64,000 nt of DNA from NCBI GenBank assembly GCA_050246755.1, contig JBFWVL010000001.1, positions 800,001 through 864,000 of the forward strand. Direction: 5' to 3'. The notes beneath the pieces were generated by a model. It was not told where the DNA came from. It made no database searches and saw nothing but the letters and a program-made list of their open reading frames with translations. The position numbers and the translations under genes were made by a program. The DNA comes from Bacteriovoracia bacterium (lineage in GTDB: Bacteria > Bdellovibrionota > UBA1018 > CAIPTA01). Of the stretch, positions 39,470 to 48,794 are shown in pieces; position 1 is the stretch's first letter; each line of letters begins with the position of its first letter.

Positions 39470-40285
39470 TTAAGCCGTGAGTAAGAATAGCAGTAGCCCG
39501 ATCATCAAATCGGCCACCACGTGGGCCAAGAACGGCGCGAGCATTCCTTCCGATCGTTCGCGCAAGTAGCCGAGCATCAATGCGTAAATAAAAGTCATGC
39601 AGTAGCCGAGCTTGCCGTTGGGAAAGCCCGCGCGGTAATGGGCAGCCGCAAAGGCCGAAGCTTGTAGCGTCAGCACCAAAGGTAAGTTTGCAGGAAAGCG
39701 TTTCTTCAGGGCCTCCTGCAAAAAACCCCGGTATACCGCCTCTTCGGCAAACGCATTCACCAAGGCGAAAACGGGGATGTATATCCCAAGCATGAGCCAA
39801 GCCGGCGTGGTCCGCATCCCCTTCATCATCGAGCTGCCAAGCCCAAGATAATCGGCCCACATCGCCCATAATCCCAAGGCAACCACGGAAACCAGGCTCG
39901 TGATCACCACCAGTGCCAAGGTGATTTGGCTAAGCGAGCCTTTCTTGGCCCACGACAATGCCGGCTTCAGCCAGGCGGTCGGAAGCAGGCAAAGATAGGT
40001 AAAAAGAAGCGCGGCCAGAAATCCACCGGCGGGCACCGACCATACAAAATTAGGGAATAGGAATAGCGGCCCTAGATAGAGCAGGAAAAAAAGTAGGGCC
40101 GCGGGTCCGATATCATCCGCTTTAGCGGCGATACTGCAAACAAGAAGAGCGGCGATTGCCAAACAAAGCGCGTAGGCGGCTCCGATCCCGCCGAAGAGCA
40201 CGAAGGTTTCACCCGCGATCACCAGCAGGAAGAGCGTGCTTAAAAATGTCGGACGAACGCGAACCATGTCCTTCGATTGTTCCAC
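39470..40285 (-). CDS. CPBP (CAAX/Abi) intramembrane glutamic endopeptidase
   Basis: AEEAVYRG, AFAAAH, AHVVAD motifs; multiple TM segments. Confidence 0.88.
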   Translation of the reverse strand: MEQSKDMVRVRPTFLSTLFLLVIAGETFVLFGGIGAAYALCLAIAALLVCSIAAKADDIGPAALLFFLLYLGPLFLFPNFVWSVPAGGFLAALLFTYLCLLPTAWLKPALSWAKKGSLSQITLALVVITSLVSVVALGLWAMWADYLGLGSSMMKGMRTTPAWLMLGIYIPVFALVNAFAEEAVYRGFLQEALKKRFPANLPLVLTLQASAFAAAHYRAGFPNGKLGYCMTFIYALMLGYLRERSEGMLAPFLAHVVADLMIGLLLFLLTA

Positions 40286-40457
40286 TTCGTTGCTCCATTA
40301 CTCAAGCCGGGGATCGCGAAAATCTCACTTTGCGCACGTGGCGTGCGCTGAGGTGTGCGGCGCAAGGCGGATATAGGCACTTCTCCATCGAAACGCGTTT
40401 TACCGGGAGCTACAAAGAAGGAGTACGGCTCTGGCCGAAGATTTTTAAGGAGATCCC

Positions 40458-40580
40458 ATGAAAGTGCTTACCCAAATTTTCTTTGTCGCCCTCTTTCACT
40501 TCGTGCTTGTACTCGACGCCGAAGCCACTCCCCAGCATTCGGCTCCGCCCCAAATTTCCACCCGGGCACAGGTTCGCTAG
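40458..40580 (+). CDS. Putative 40-aa secreted peptide precursor (below ORF-track cutoff)
   Basis: TAAGGAG RBS then MKVLTQIFFVALFHFVLVLDAEA|TPQHSAPPQISTRAQVR*. Confidence 0.55.
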   Translation: MKVLTQIFFVALFHFVLVLDAEATPQHSAPPQISTRAQVR

Positions 40581-40730
40581 TCTCTCCTTCACCAAGCCCG
40601 GGTGTCCCTTCTATCCTTCAATTCCCGAGCGGGCCGCTAGCCAAATCATTCTCTTGCAGCGCTCGACCCTCCTTGACCCTCCCCGGCGATGCACTACAAT
40701 TTTCTAATCAACCACCATTAAGGAAATTCG

Positions 40731-41318
40731 ATGAAATATTTGCTCGCGTTAGCCCTAGCCCTTTCTCTCCCCCCTCTCGCCCAAGCGGCCAAAACAGAAA
40801 AGTGGAGCGTGGATCCTTCTTCCTCGAGCGTGAACTGGGACGCCACGAAGATCGGCGGCAGCCATCAAGGCAGCGTGAAAATAAAATCGGGAGCTTTGAC
40901 CACCGACAAGGCGGGACTTGCGGGCGGAGAATTCCTAGTGGACATGAACTCGCTCGCCATCACCGACGGCACCAGCGAAGAGATGAAGAAAAAACTCGAT
41001 GCCCATTTGCGTAGCGATGATTTTTTCTCCGTAGAAAAAAATCCCACCGCCGCGATGAAAATTACCAAAGTGGGGCCGATGAAAGACGGCAAACAAGAAG
41101 TGAGCGGCAATCTCACCATCAAAGGCATCACCAAGCCGATTAGTTTTCCGGCTACCATCACGAATGATGGCAAAGGCCTAAACGCGAAGGCCGAGTTCCA
41201 AGTAGATCGTACGGCCTACGATATTAAGTATCGTTCGCTTAAATTCTTTTCTGACCTTGGCGATAAAGTAATTCACGACAAATTCACCCTGAAAGTGGAC
41301 CTCAACGCCAAGAAGTAG
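40731..41318 (+). CDS. YceI-family lipid/polyisoprenoid-binding protein
   Basis: Signal peptide; WSVDPSSSSV, LDAHLRSDDFF, GNLTIKGITKPI, VDRTAYDI. Confidence 0.92.
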   Translation: MKYLLALALALSLPPLAQAAKTEKWSVDPSSSSVNWDATKIGGSHQGSVKIKSGALTTDKAGLAGGEFLVDMNSLAITDGTSEEMKKKLDAHLRSDDFFSVEKNPTAAMKITKVGPMKDGKQEVSGNLTIKGITKPISFPATITNDGKGLNAKAEFQVDRTAYDIKYRSLKFFSDLGDKVIHDKFTLKVDLNAKK

Positions 41319-41443
41319 CATTTTAAGCGACCTGAAGCCGCAAAGCGTTAGATTTCGCGGGTTTCTAGGTTCAAAGGATTGACCTCAGGCTAAGCCCATG
41401 ATTATATGGAACTTGCTGCGGCGCACTAATCCGGAGTGGGTCT

Positions 41444-42760
41444 TTGATACTTCGAACTTTGACATCCCAAGCTATTTTTCTCGTGGGTGCTTGCCTCTTG
41501 ATGGCGGCCGACCAAGTGCCGAGCTCCGCCCCGATGCCCACCGTCTCCTCCACCCTTCTCGAAAACCGCCTAAGCTGGTGCCACCGCAATTCTTCCCAGG
41601 AAAGAGGCTGCATGGCGGCGCTCCAGTACATGGAAGACGACCTCCCCGAAACCCTTCGTGCCGAAGCCAAAAAGCTCACCGGTGAAACCACCGAGGCTCG
41701 CTTCCAAGGCCTGCGTCGCCTGCTGCAAAGCACCGGCAAACCGGAAAGCGCTTGGGTAACTGGTGCGCTTAACGCCTGGATCGTAACCCTCGATCTCCAC
41801 GCAAAAATTTTGGTGGTGAAAGAAAAAGAAAAGAGCCTCGCCGACGATCGCATCGTTGTTCAGGGCGCTGGCGCTAAGCTCAGGTTCATCGATGGCCGTG
41901 TGCTTGTGGGGTATATCATCGAAGGCTCCGGCGCCGCCAACGCGGGGCTTCGCGCGGGCGATGAACTGCTCACCGTGAACGGCCTCGCAATGAAGGGCCT
42001 CAGCACCACCGTAAAAAGAAATTTCTTTCGCGAGCTCAAAGCTCCCTACCGCCTCGAAGGGCGCCGCAATGACGTTCCCTTTTCAGTTACGGTGGAGGAG
42101 AAACGCTTCGTATTGCCGAACGTGGAGCGCCGCCTCGAGCTCGGGCTGGGCACGATCCGGATCCGTACTTTCGACAAAGACGATAGTTGCGAAGAAGCAC
42201 GCAAAGCCATCGCCTTCCTGGAAAATGCCGGCGCCCAGCGCCTCGAATTGGATTTACGCGATAATCCCGGCGGGCTCGTGAGCGAGGCTCGCTGCGTGGC
42301 TGGCCTCCTCCTCGGCAAAGGCCAACCTTTCGCCAGCCTCAAGAAGCTCGAAAACCCCGAGCTCCAGGGATTTCTCCCCTCCACCATTTCCGGAAACGGA
42401 ATCGGCGGGCAGAGCGACGTAACGCTGAAAACGGAAGAAGAAAAAATCACGAGCCTTCCGCTTAGTGTGCGCATCAACCAAAATACCGCGAGCGCCGCGG
42501 AGATGCTGGCCGCCGCGCTTCAAGACGAAAAGCGAGCGAAAGTACTAGGCTCTCGTTCCTTCGGAAAAGGATCGATGCAGTCGGCCTTTCATCCTTGGGA
42601 CGACCGCGAGCTTTACCTCATGCGCACTACGCACTTAATCATTCGCCCCTCGGGCAAAAAAATTCAGTACGCCGGAATCACGCCGGATCTCATTCTGGAG
42701 AATGCCGAGGGGAAAAATTTCCCCCGCGAGCAAAATCTCACTCCTGACGCAATGAACTAA
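41444..42760 (+). CDS. S41 carboxyl-terminal protease with PDZ domain
   Basis: GSGAANAGLRAGD (PDZ), LDLRDNPGG, TASAAE, SFGKGSMQ, GITPD. Confidence 0.88.
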   Translation: MILRTLTSQAIFLVGACLLMAADQVPSSAPMPTVSSTLLENRLSWCHRNSSQERGCMAALQYMEDDLPETLRAEAKKLTGETTEARFQGLRRLLQSTGKPESAWVTGALNAWIVTLDLHAKILVVKEKEKSLADDRIVVQGAGAKLRFIDGRVLVGYIIEGSGAANAGLRAGDELLTVNGLAMKGLSTTVKRNFFRELKAPYRLEGRRNDVPFSVTVEEKRFVLPNVERRLELGLGTIRIRTFDKDDSCEEARKAIAFLENAGAQRLELDLRDNPGGLVSEARCVAGLLLGKGQPFASLKKLENPELQGFLPSTISGNGIGGQSDVTLKTEEEKITSLPLSVRINQNTASAAEMLAAALQDEKRAKVLGSRSFGKGSMQSAFHPWDDRELYLMRTTHLIIRPSGKKIQYAGITPDLILENAEGKNFPREQNLTPDAMN

Positions 42761-42812
42761 ACTTGCCTTAGTGGCCCAATTCGGGGAAAGTGGAGCCTCT
42801 TTAGGGGGTTCT

Positions 42813-43724
42813 ATGCTTAGTTTAAATCTTCAAGGCAAACTCGCACTCGTGGCCGGCGTGGCCGACGACCAAGGCTACGGCTGGGCAATGGCTAAGGCGC
42901 TGAAAAAAGCGGGGGCTAAAGTGATCATCACTACCTGGCCGCCAGCCCTGAATATTTTGCGCATGTCGCTCGAGCGCGGCAAGCTCGATACCGACCTTGG
43001 AGACGGCGACGGCCAGCTCACCTTCGAAAAAATTTATCCGCTCGATGCGATGTTCGACCAAATGGCCGACGTACCCGAAGATATCCGCACCAACAAACGC
43101 TACCAAGATCTTGGCGACTATACGATCCGCGGCCTCCGCGACCTCATCGAAAAAGATTTCGGCGTCGATCAACTCAACATCGTGATGCACTCTCTCGCCA
43201 ACGGCCCCGAAGTGCAGAAGCCGCTCATCGATACCTCCCGGGCCGGCTATCTCGCCGCTAACTCCGCGAGCGCCTACTCCTTCGTGAGCATGGTCCGCCA
43301 CCTCTCGCCCATCATGCAAAAGGGCGGAAGCTTCCTCGCGCTCTCCTATATGGCCGCCGAAAAAGTAATTCCGGGCTACGGCGGCGGCATGAGCTCCGCG
43401 AAAGCTGCCCTCGAAAGCGATACCCGCCTCCTGGCCTTCGAAGCCGGCCGCCGCCATGGCCACCGCGTGAACACGATCAGCGCCGGCGCCCTCGCTTCCC
43501 GCGCCGCCAAGGCCATTGGCATGATCCAGAACATGATCACCTATGCCGAGCACAACGCTCCTATTCAGTCTCCGCTCCAAGCAGAAGACGTGGGCAATAC
43601 CGCGGCCTTCTTGGCTTCCGATCTCGCCAAGGGAATCACGGGCAGCGTGGTGTACGTGGACAAAGGAATGCACGCCATGGGTATGGCGGTTCCACCTTCG
43701 TATACCGAAACGGGAATGAATTAA
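42813..43724 (+). CDS. fabI: Enoyl-ACP reductase, plant-plastid/Chlamydia-type
   Basis: AGVADDQGYGWA, YPLDA, HSLANGPEV, YGGGMSSAKAALESD, SRAAKAIG. Confidence 0.92.
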   Translation: MLSLNLQGKLALVAGVADDQGYGWAMAKALKKAGAKVIITTWPPALNILRMSLERGKLDTDLGDGDGQLTFEKIYPLDAMFDQMADVPEDIRTNKRYQDLGDYTIRGLRDLIEKDFGVDQLNIVMHSLANGPEVQKPLIDTSRAGYLAANSASAYSFVSMVRHLSPIMQKGGSFLALSYMAAEKVIPGYGGGMSSAKAALESDTRLLAFEAGRRHGHRVNTISAGALASRAAKAIGMIQNMITYAEHNAPIQSPLQAEDVGNTAAFLASDLAKGITGSVVYVDKGMHAMGMAVPPSYTETGMN

Positions 43725-43726
43725 AT

Positions 43727-44035
43727 TTAGTTAGGCTTCGGCAAGCAAGCAGTAGCTTTGCAGCCGTTCGCATCGGTAAAAGAAGATTCGACCTGCTGGC
43801 TCGAGCAAAGACCTTGGTCCGGAGCCGGGCAATACTGATCGAAGGCTTCGTCTACTTTCGTCGAGGCCGTCTTCACGCACGTTGCAACATCGCAGCCGTT
43901 CTCGTCTTTTTCTATATCCAGGCGCTCTCCGCTTCCGCAGGCCTGGTGAGAATATGCCGGGCAAGAAGTTTCCTCCTCTTGCGCAAAGGCGGCTTGAGAA
44001 ATCAGCACCGCAAAAATCGCGATCAGTACTTTCAC
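43727..44035 (-). CDS. Small secreted Cys-rich protein with two antistasin-like repeats
   Basis: Signal peptide; CPAYSHQAC...DENGCDVATC and CPAPDQGLC...DANGCKATAC. Confidence 0.75.
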   Translation of the reverse strand: MKVLIAIFAVLISQAAFAQEEETSCPAYSHQACGSGERLDIEKDENGCDVATCVKTASTKVDEAFDQYCPAPDQGLCSSQQVESSFTDANGCKATACLPKPN

Positions 44036-44230
44036 GAAAATCTCCTCTTTAGCCTTTAGTATGGCTCGCCTCTATGGTTCGTCAAAATCACTCTTCCGCT
44101 AAAGCGCAAAGGGCGCTTACACGCTTCTATGTTTTTCCTAAATCACTGAAATTACGTGAGTTTTCTAAGAGACAGTTAAGCTTTCAGCTCAAAAAGCCGT
44201 TGGTAGTGGGTAACTGACGGAGGAATTTGA

Positions 44231-44527
44231 ATGTCTAAAAAGAAAAACAAGTTCGACCTCACTCATCTTGTAAAGGACGGCTACGTGAAAGAAGGCGAGA
44301 CCCTCTTTTTCGTGAGCGATCCCACAATGGCATGTGTGGTAAAAAAGATGCCAGACCACGAATACAAAGTGGATTGCAAAGGCGAAACGTTGACCGTTCA
44401 CGCCGTTTGCGTAAAGTTTCTCGGAACCGAGCCGCCGGATCATGCCTGCCGCTGGTTAAGAACCGCTAACGGAAAGACACTCTACGAATTGTGGCAGAAC
44501 AGCCTAGACGAACAACTAGCAGCGTAG
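44231..44527 (+). CDS. Small cytoplasmic protein, possibly RAMA/DUF4357-like
   Basis: GGAGG RBS; LTHLVKDGYVKEGETLFF...W...NGKTLYEL resembles the RAMA pattern. Confidence 0.6.
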   Translation: MSKKKNKFDLTHLVKDGYVKEGETLFFVSDPTMACVVKKMPDHEYKVDCKGETLTVHAVCVKFLGTEPPDHACRWLRTANGKTLYELWQNSLDEQLAA

Positions 44528-44547
44528 AAGAGAAGCGATTCGGCTCC

Positions 44548-45183
44548 ATGCATCGACCTTCGGTCTGGGCAGGAGCCGTTTCCATTTTTCTTCTGCTCTC
44601 AATCGTTGCGATTCGCCTTCTGGGAGAAAAGCTCTACGACTTCCCGGTAAATCCCGGGCCAACGGAGATCCCCAAGAACAGCGCCATCGTAGTGCTCGCC
44701 GGTGGAAAATTCCGGATCGAGGCCGGCTTGGCTCTTTTTGAGGCCGGAATCGGCGACGAGCTATTCATCATCGGTGCCGGCAAGAAGGCCACTTCCTATT
44801 CCCTCGTCCGAGTAAATGCCCCCGAGCTATTGGCGAAAATTCCCGAAGAACGCTTCGCGCGCATTCAGGTGGAAACCGAATCTCGCAATACGATCGAAAA
44901 TGCGTTCGCGGTGAAAAAGCTCCTCCAGCAAAAGCCGGAATTGAAGAACTTGATTCTCATCACATCGAGCTATCATATGCGCCGGGCACAATTCATTCTG
45001 GAAAACCAAATCCACAGTGGTGTAAAAGTGATCCCCTTCACCTCTCCCAACGAGGCTATCGAGCGCAGCAATTGGTGGCACAGCTGGCTCGGAATTCAGC
45101 TCACCGTGCGGGAATACATAAAATTCCTGCTGGCCTCGTTCGTGCTGCCGAAGATTGGCGACGTCGATGTTTCTGCTCCTTAG
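44548..45183 (+). CDS. YdcF/DUF218 (ElyC/SanA-like) protein
   Basis: AIVVLAGG, ETESRNTIENA, LITSSYHMRRA, VREYIK. Confidence 0.9.
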   Translation: MHRPSVWAGAVSIFLLLSIVAIRLLGEKLYDFPVNPGPTEIPKNSAIVVLAGGKFRIEAGLALFEAGIGDELFIIGAGKKATSYSLVRVNAPELLAKIPEERFARIQVETESRNTIENAFAVKKLLQQKPELKNLILITSSYHMRRAQFILENQIHSGVKVIPFTSPNEAIERSNWWHSWLGIQLTVREYIKFLLASFVLPKIGDVDVSAP

Positions 45184-46018
45184 CATTTTTCTGCTCACTG
45201 TCGACGGTACGGCCGAGGCCGCCGACTGCCACAAAGAATTCGCAATGCTACAGGAAAACGCTCCGACTGTTTTGGCATTCCCCTCGGACGAGGCCGGTAT
45301 TCAAAAAAATTTCGCATTCTCCTTGGAGAGCTGGGAAAAATCATTCCGGCCAAAAGCATTGAAAAAAAAGTTCATTCGTCTAGAAAAAGACGCTTGGGCC
45401 GCTCAGGAATACGCCGAATCATTCCATGCTCTCGCCGAACGGACTCGTTTGCTCTGCATGGCCCACGAAGCTTTTTCCTCGAGCCATACCGTGCCGTCAG
45501 ACCTGAAAATCTTTCTCAATTCGCTCGAGGACCTCAATCGGGCCATCAATGGCCACCAAAGGAAAGAAATCGCGGATTCTGCGCTCGCGACGGAAAAGGC
45601 TTTGGCTCAACTCGAAGAAAAAACCGAATTCAAGAAATTTGCGGCGGCCGAACCCGAATCAGTCCGGGCGCGCCTGCTGAAGAAGCAGCTCGATTTAAAA
45701 AAATTCCTGCGCACGGACCTACCGACGCCGAAGCATCTCGGCGAAGTTTCGCGCGAAGTTAGGGAGCTACTGTTGTTGAGCTTGAACGAACAAGCGATTA
45801 ACCCCTCTCCCGCCTCACGCGGCAGGTATACTTATCTACACGCCCTGGATAGAGATCTCAGCCGCATTCACGACGATTTCTTGCAGCAGGCCAGAAATCA
45901 CGAGATAGACTACGAGAACCAGCGATTGTTTTTAAACCCCATGGTTCGGGAACGTCTGGAAAAAATTGAGGAAGCGATCCGCAATACGCTCAGCTCTTCT
46001 GGCGCTCCACGGAAATAA
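45167..46018 (+). CDS. Secreted all-helical hypothetical protein (weakly CHAD-like)
   Basis: Signal-like N-terminus; helical; LDRDLSRIHD reminiscent of CHAD LGxxHD. Confidence 0.55.
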   Translation: MFLLLSIFLLTVDGTAEAADCHKEFAMLQENAPTVLAFPSDEAGIQKNFAFSLESWEKSFRPKALKKKFIRLEKDAWAAQEYAESFHALAERTRLLCMAHEAFSSSHTVPSDLKIFLNSLEDLNRAINGHQRKEIADSALATEKALAQLEEKTEFKKFAAAEPESVRARLLKKQLDLKKFLRTDLPTPKHLGEVSREVRELLLLSLNEQAINPSPASRGRYTYLHALDRDLSRIHDDFLQQARNHEIDYENQRLFLNPMVRERLEKIEEAIRNTLSSSGAPRK

Positions 46019-48221
46019 TCCCGTCCTTGGCTTCGAGTGAATTGATCACTTTATTGAGCTGCTCCACTCCGGTTACGAGGATCTCGAACACGCACACGGC
46101 GCGGCGATCCTTCATGGTGCGCACGCTGGCCTGGGAAATATTCACGCCCTGGGAGCTGATGGTCTGGGTCATCGAGGCGAGCATGCCCGGCTGATCCTCG
46201 CAGAACACGCGCACTTTCACCGAGCGGCGCGGGCTGGGCTTGGGCGCGCTTTCCTTGCCCTCTTTGTCCTTGGTGGGGGCGGCCACACCGGTCCAAGCCA
46301 CGTCAATCCGGCGGGCATTATCGCTGTCGAGCGCTTTTTTACAGGAAGCATGGTGCACGGTCACCCCGCGCCCGCGAGTCACGAAACCGAGGATGGGATC
46401 GCCTGGAATAGGATGGCAGCACTTGGCGAAGCGGATGAGCACGTCGCCCAAGCCGGTTACCATCACGGCGTTACGGGCTTCGCTCTTCCGCATGGCGGTG
46501 GAAATGATTTTCTGGAGGAAGCCCTTCTGCTCTTTCTCTTCCCCTTGCTTCTCGAGCAACTCGGGGGCGATCACGGCTTTGGAAATTTCCCGCGCGGTGA
46601 GCTTTCCGTAGCCGAGAGCCACGAGAATTTCTTCGTGGTTACGGTAGCCGAGCCCGCGAATGGCCTGGGCCATTTCGGGGGATTTACTGACCTTTTCCCA
46701 ATTCGTCTTGAAGCGGCGGAACTCGCGGGCGAGAATTTCTTCGCCCATCTGCTTAGCCTTAGTGCGCTCGATATGCTTGAGGAAGGCGCGGATCTTGGCG
46801 ATCGCGCGGCTGGTCTTTACGAGCTTCAGCCAATCTTTGCCGGGATGCTGAGTCGCCGACGTAAGAATTTCCACTACGTCACCCGAACGCAGGCGGTAGC
46901 GCAATGGAACAATTTTCCCGTTGATCTTCGCCCCCACGCAGCGGTGGCCCACGTCGGTGTGCACGGCGTAGGCAAAGTCGAGCGGGGTAGAACCGTGGGG
47001 GAATTCTTTTACTTCTCCCTTGGGAGTGAAAACGAAAACGTCGCCGGGATATAGATCTAGTTTCACGCTCTCGAGGAACTCCGTGGGGTCCGTGAGCGTC
47101 TTCTGGGAATCGAGGAGGCGGGAAAGCCATTCCATCTTGTTCTGGTTGGAAACGTCGGCGCGGCCTTCTTTGTATTTCCAGTGGGCGGCGATCCCGCTCT
47201 GCGCGATCTGATGCATCTCTAGCGTACGGATCTGCACTTCCATGCGCTCGTTATACGGCCCGATCACCGTGGTATGCAGCGACTGGTAATTATTAGGCTT
47301 CGCCATCGCTATATAGTCTTTAAAGCGACCCGGGATTGGTTTGTACACGGAATGGATCACGCCGAGCGCCTTATAGCACTCCGTAATATTATCGAGCACG
47401 ATCCGGAAAGCCACGATGTCGTGAATATCGTCGATATCGTTCGCGTTGCGCGACTCCATTTTTTTATAGATGGAGTAAAAATGCTTGGGCCGCCCGCTCA
47501 CTTGCCCGCGAATCCCATACTCCTTGAGATGATCCTCTACGTTCTTTAGAACTTCCTCGATATACTTTTCGCGCTCGCTCTTCTTCTTGGCCACGAGCTG
47601 CGCGAGCTTGTAGTAAACCTCAGGCTTGAGGTGGCGAAGGCAAAGATCCTCGAGTTCGGCTTTCACCCAATGAATCCCGAGACGGCCCGCCAAGGGCGAA
47701 TAAATATCTAGGGTTTCCTGGGCAATGAGCTTGCGCTTCTTCTCGGGGAGATAATCGAGAGTGCGCATATTGTGGGTGCGGTCGGCCAGCTTCACGAGGA
47801 TCACGCGGAGATCCTTCGCCATGGCCACAACCATCTTGCGGAAGTTCTCCGCTTGCTTCTCTTCGCTGGTACGGAAAGTGATCCGGGAAATTTTCGTTAC
47901 GCCGTCCACGAGCTCGGCCACCGAGCCGCCGAATTTTTGCCTGATCTCCTCGAGGGAGGTATCGGTATCTTCCACCGTATCGTGAAGAATGCCGGTGAGC
48001 ACGGAGTCCAGATCTAGGTGCAGCTCGGCCAGCAAGGCGGCCACGCCGATCGGATGCACGATGTAGGGTTCGCCGGACGAGCGGCGCTGATCGCCGTGCT
48101 TGGCGGTGGCGAACTCCACCGCCTGGCGTACCAGGGGGAGATTCACGTCCGGATAATACTCAAGCAGTTTCGTCTCGAGGTTCTGGACGGCTTCTTTTAC
48201 GGCGGGATCAACCGCTACCAA
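45990..48221 (-). CDS. rel: Bifunctional (p)ppGpp synthetase/hydrolase
   Basis: HD domain LHDTVED, VKLADRTHNMRT, RPKHFYSI, YQSLHT, EVQIRT, TGS (DFAYAVHT), CCHPIPGD, ACT. Confidence 0.96.
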   Translation of the reverse strand: MVAVDPAVKEAVQNLETKLLEYYPDVNLPLVRQAVEFATAKHGDQRRSSGEPYIVHPIGVAALLAELHLDLDSVLTGILHDTVEDTDTSLEEIRQKFGGSVAELVDGVTKISRITFRTSEEKQAENFRKMVVAMAKDLRVILVKLADRTHNMRTLDYLPEKKRKLIAQETLDIYSPLAGRLGIHWVKAELEDLCLRHLKPEVYYKLAQLVAKKKSEREKYIEEVLKNVEDHLKEYGIRGQVSGRPKHFYSIYKKMESRNANDIDDIHDIVAFRIVLDNITECYKALGVIHSVYKPIPGRFKDYIAMAKPNNYQSLHTTVIGPYNERMEVQIRTLEMHQIAQSGIAAHWKYKEGRADVSNQNKMEWLSRLLDSQKTLTDPTEFLESVKLDLYPGDVFVFTPKGEVKEFPHGSTPLDFAYAVHTDVGHRCVGAKINGKIVPLRYRLRSGDVVEILTSATQHPGKDWLKLVKTSRAIAKIRAFLKHIERTKAKQMGEEILAREFRRFKTNWEKVSKSPEMAQAIRGLGYRNHEEILVALGYGKLTAREISKAVIAPELLEKQGEEKEQKGFLQKIISTAMRKSEARNAVMVTGLGDVLIRFAKCCHPIPGDPILGFVTRGRGVTVHHASCKKALDSDNARRIDVAWTGVAAPTKDKEGKESAPKPSPRRSVKVRVFCEDQPGMLASMTQTISSQGVNISQASVRTMKDRRAVCVFEILVTGVEQLNKVINSLEAKDGIISVERQKS

Positions 48222-48789
48222 GACCCACTTCTCTTTCTACGAGCTCGCAGAGCTCGCCAAAACTTTTCTGCAAATCCTTATTCACGATCTGATGGTCAAA
48301 TCGTTTCGCGTGCTCAATCTCATCGCGGGCTGCTTGAAGCCGGGCCTGAACTTTATCTTCCGATTCCGTGTTGCGCGACCGCAGCCTTTGCTCGAGCTCC
48401 TGCATGCTCGGCGGAAGAATAAATACGCTCAAACAGCGCTCACCAAAATACTTCTTGAGGCTGTCTACGCCTTGCACGTCCACATCAAGTAAAACCACCT
48501 TGCCCGCGCTCACCTGAGCCTCCAGGAATGCCTTACTGGTGCCGTAGCATTGCCCGTGCACCTCGGCCCACTCCACTAGTTCTTGCTTGCGCACGAGATC
48601 GTCGAAGCGAGCACGGTCCACGAAATGATATTCTATACCATTTTTTTCATTTCCGCGTGGAGCCCGGGTCGTGAAAGAGATCGAAAGCGCGGTCTCGGGG
48701 TACTTATCGAGAAGCATACGGCAAAGCGTGGTTTTTCCGCCCCCGCTCGGAGCCGCTAGCGCGATGAAATTTTTCTTAAAAGCCTTCAA
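48208..48789 (-). CDS. gmk: Guanylate kinase
   Basis: APSGGGKTT, SISFTTRAPRGNE, EWAEVHG..YGT, FILPPS. Confidence 0.96.
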   Translation of the reverse strand: MKAFKKNFIALAAPSGGGKTTLCRMLLDKYPETALSISFTTRAPRGNEKNGIEYHFVDRARFDDLVRKQELVEWAEVHGQCYGTSKAFLEAQVSAGKVVLLDVDVQGVDSLKKYFGERCLSVFILPPSMQELEQRLRSRNTESEDKVQARLQAARDEIEHAKRFDHQIVNKDLQKSFGELCELVEREVGLGSG

Positions 48790-48794
48790 TTCAC

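Noticed and set aside
40355-41014. 219-aa ORF overlapping yceI
   Set aside because: Alternative frame rich in R/S/P with no motifs; yceI and the 40-aa ORF have RBSs
42822-43673. 283-aa ORF antisense to fabI
   Set aside because: Same shadow-ORF effect opposite a conserved gene
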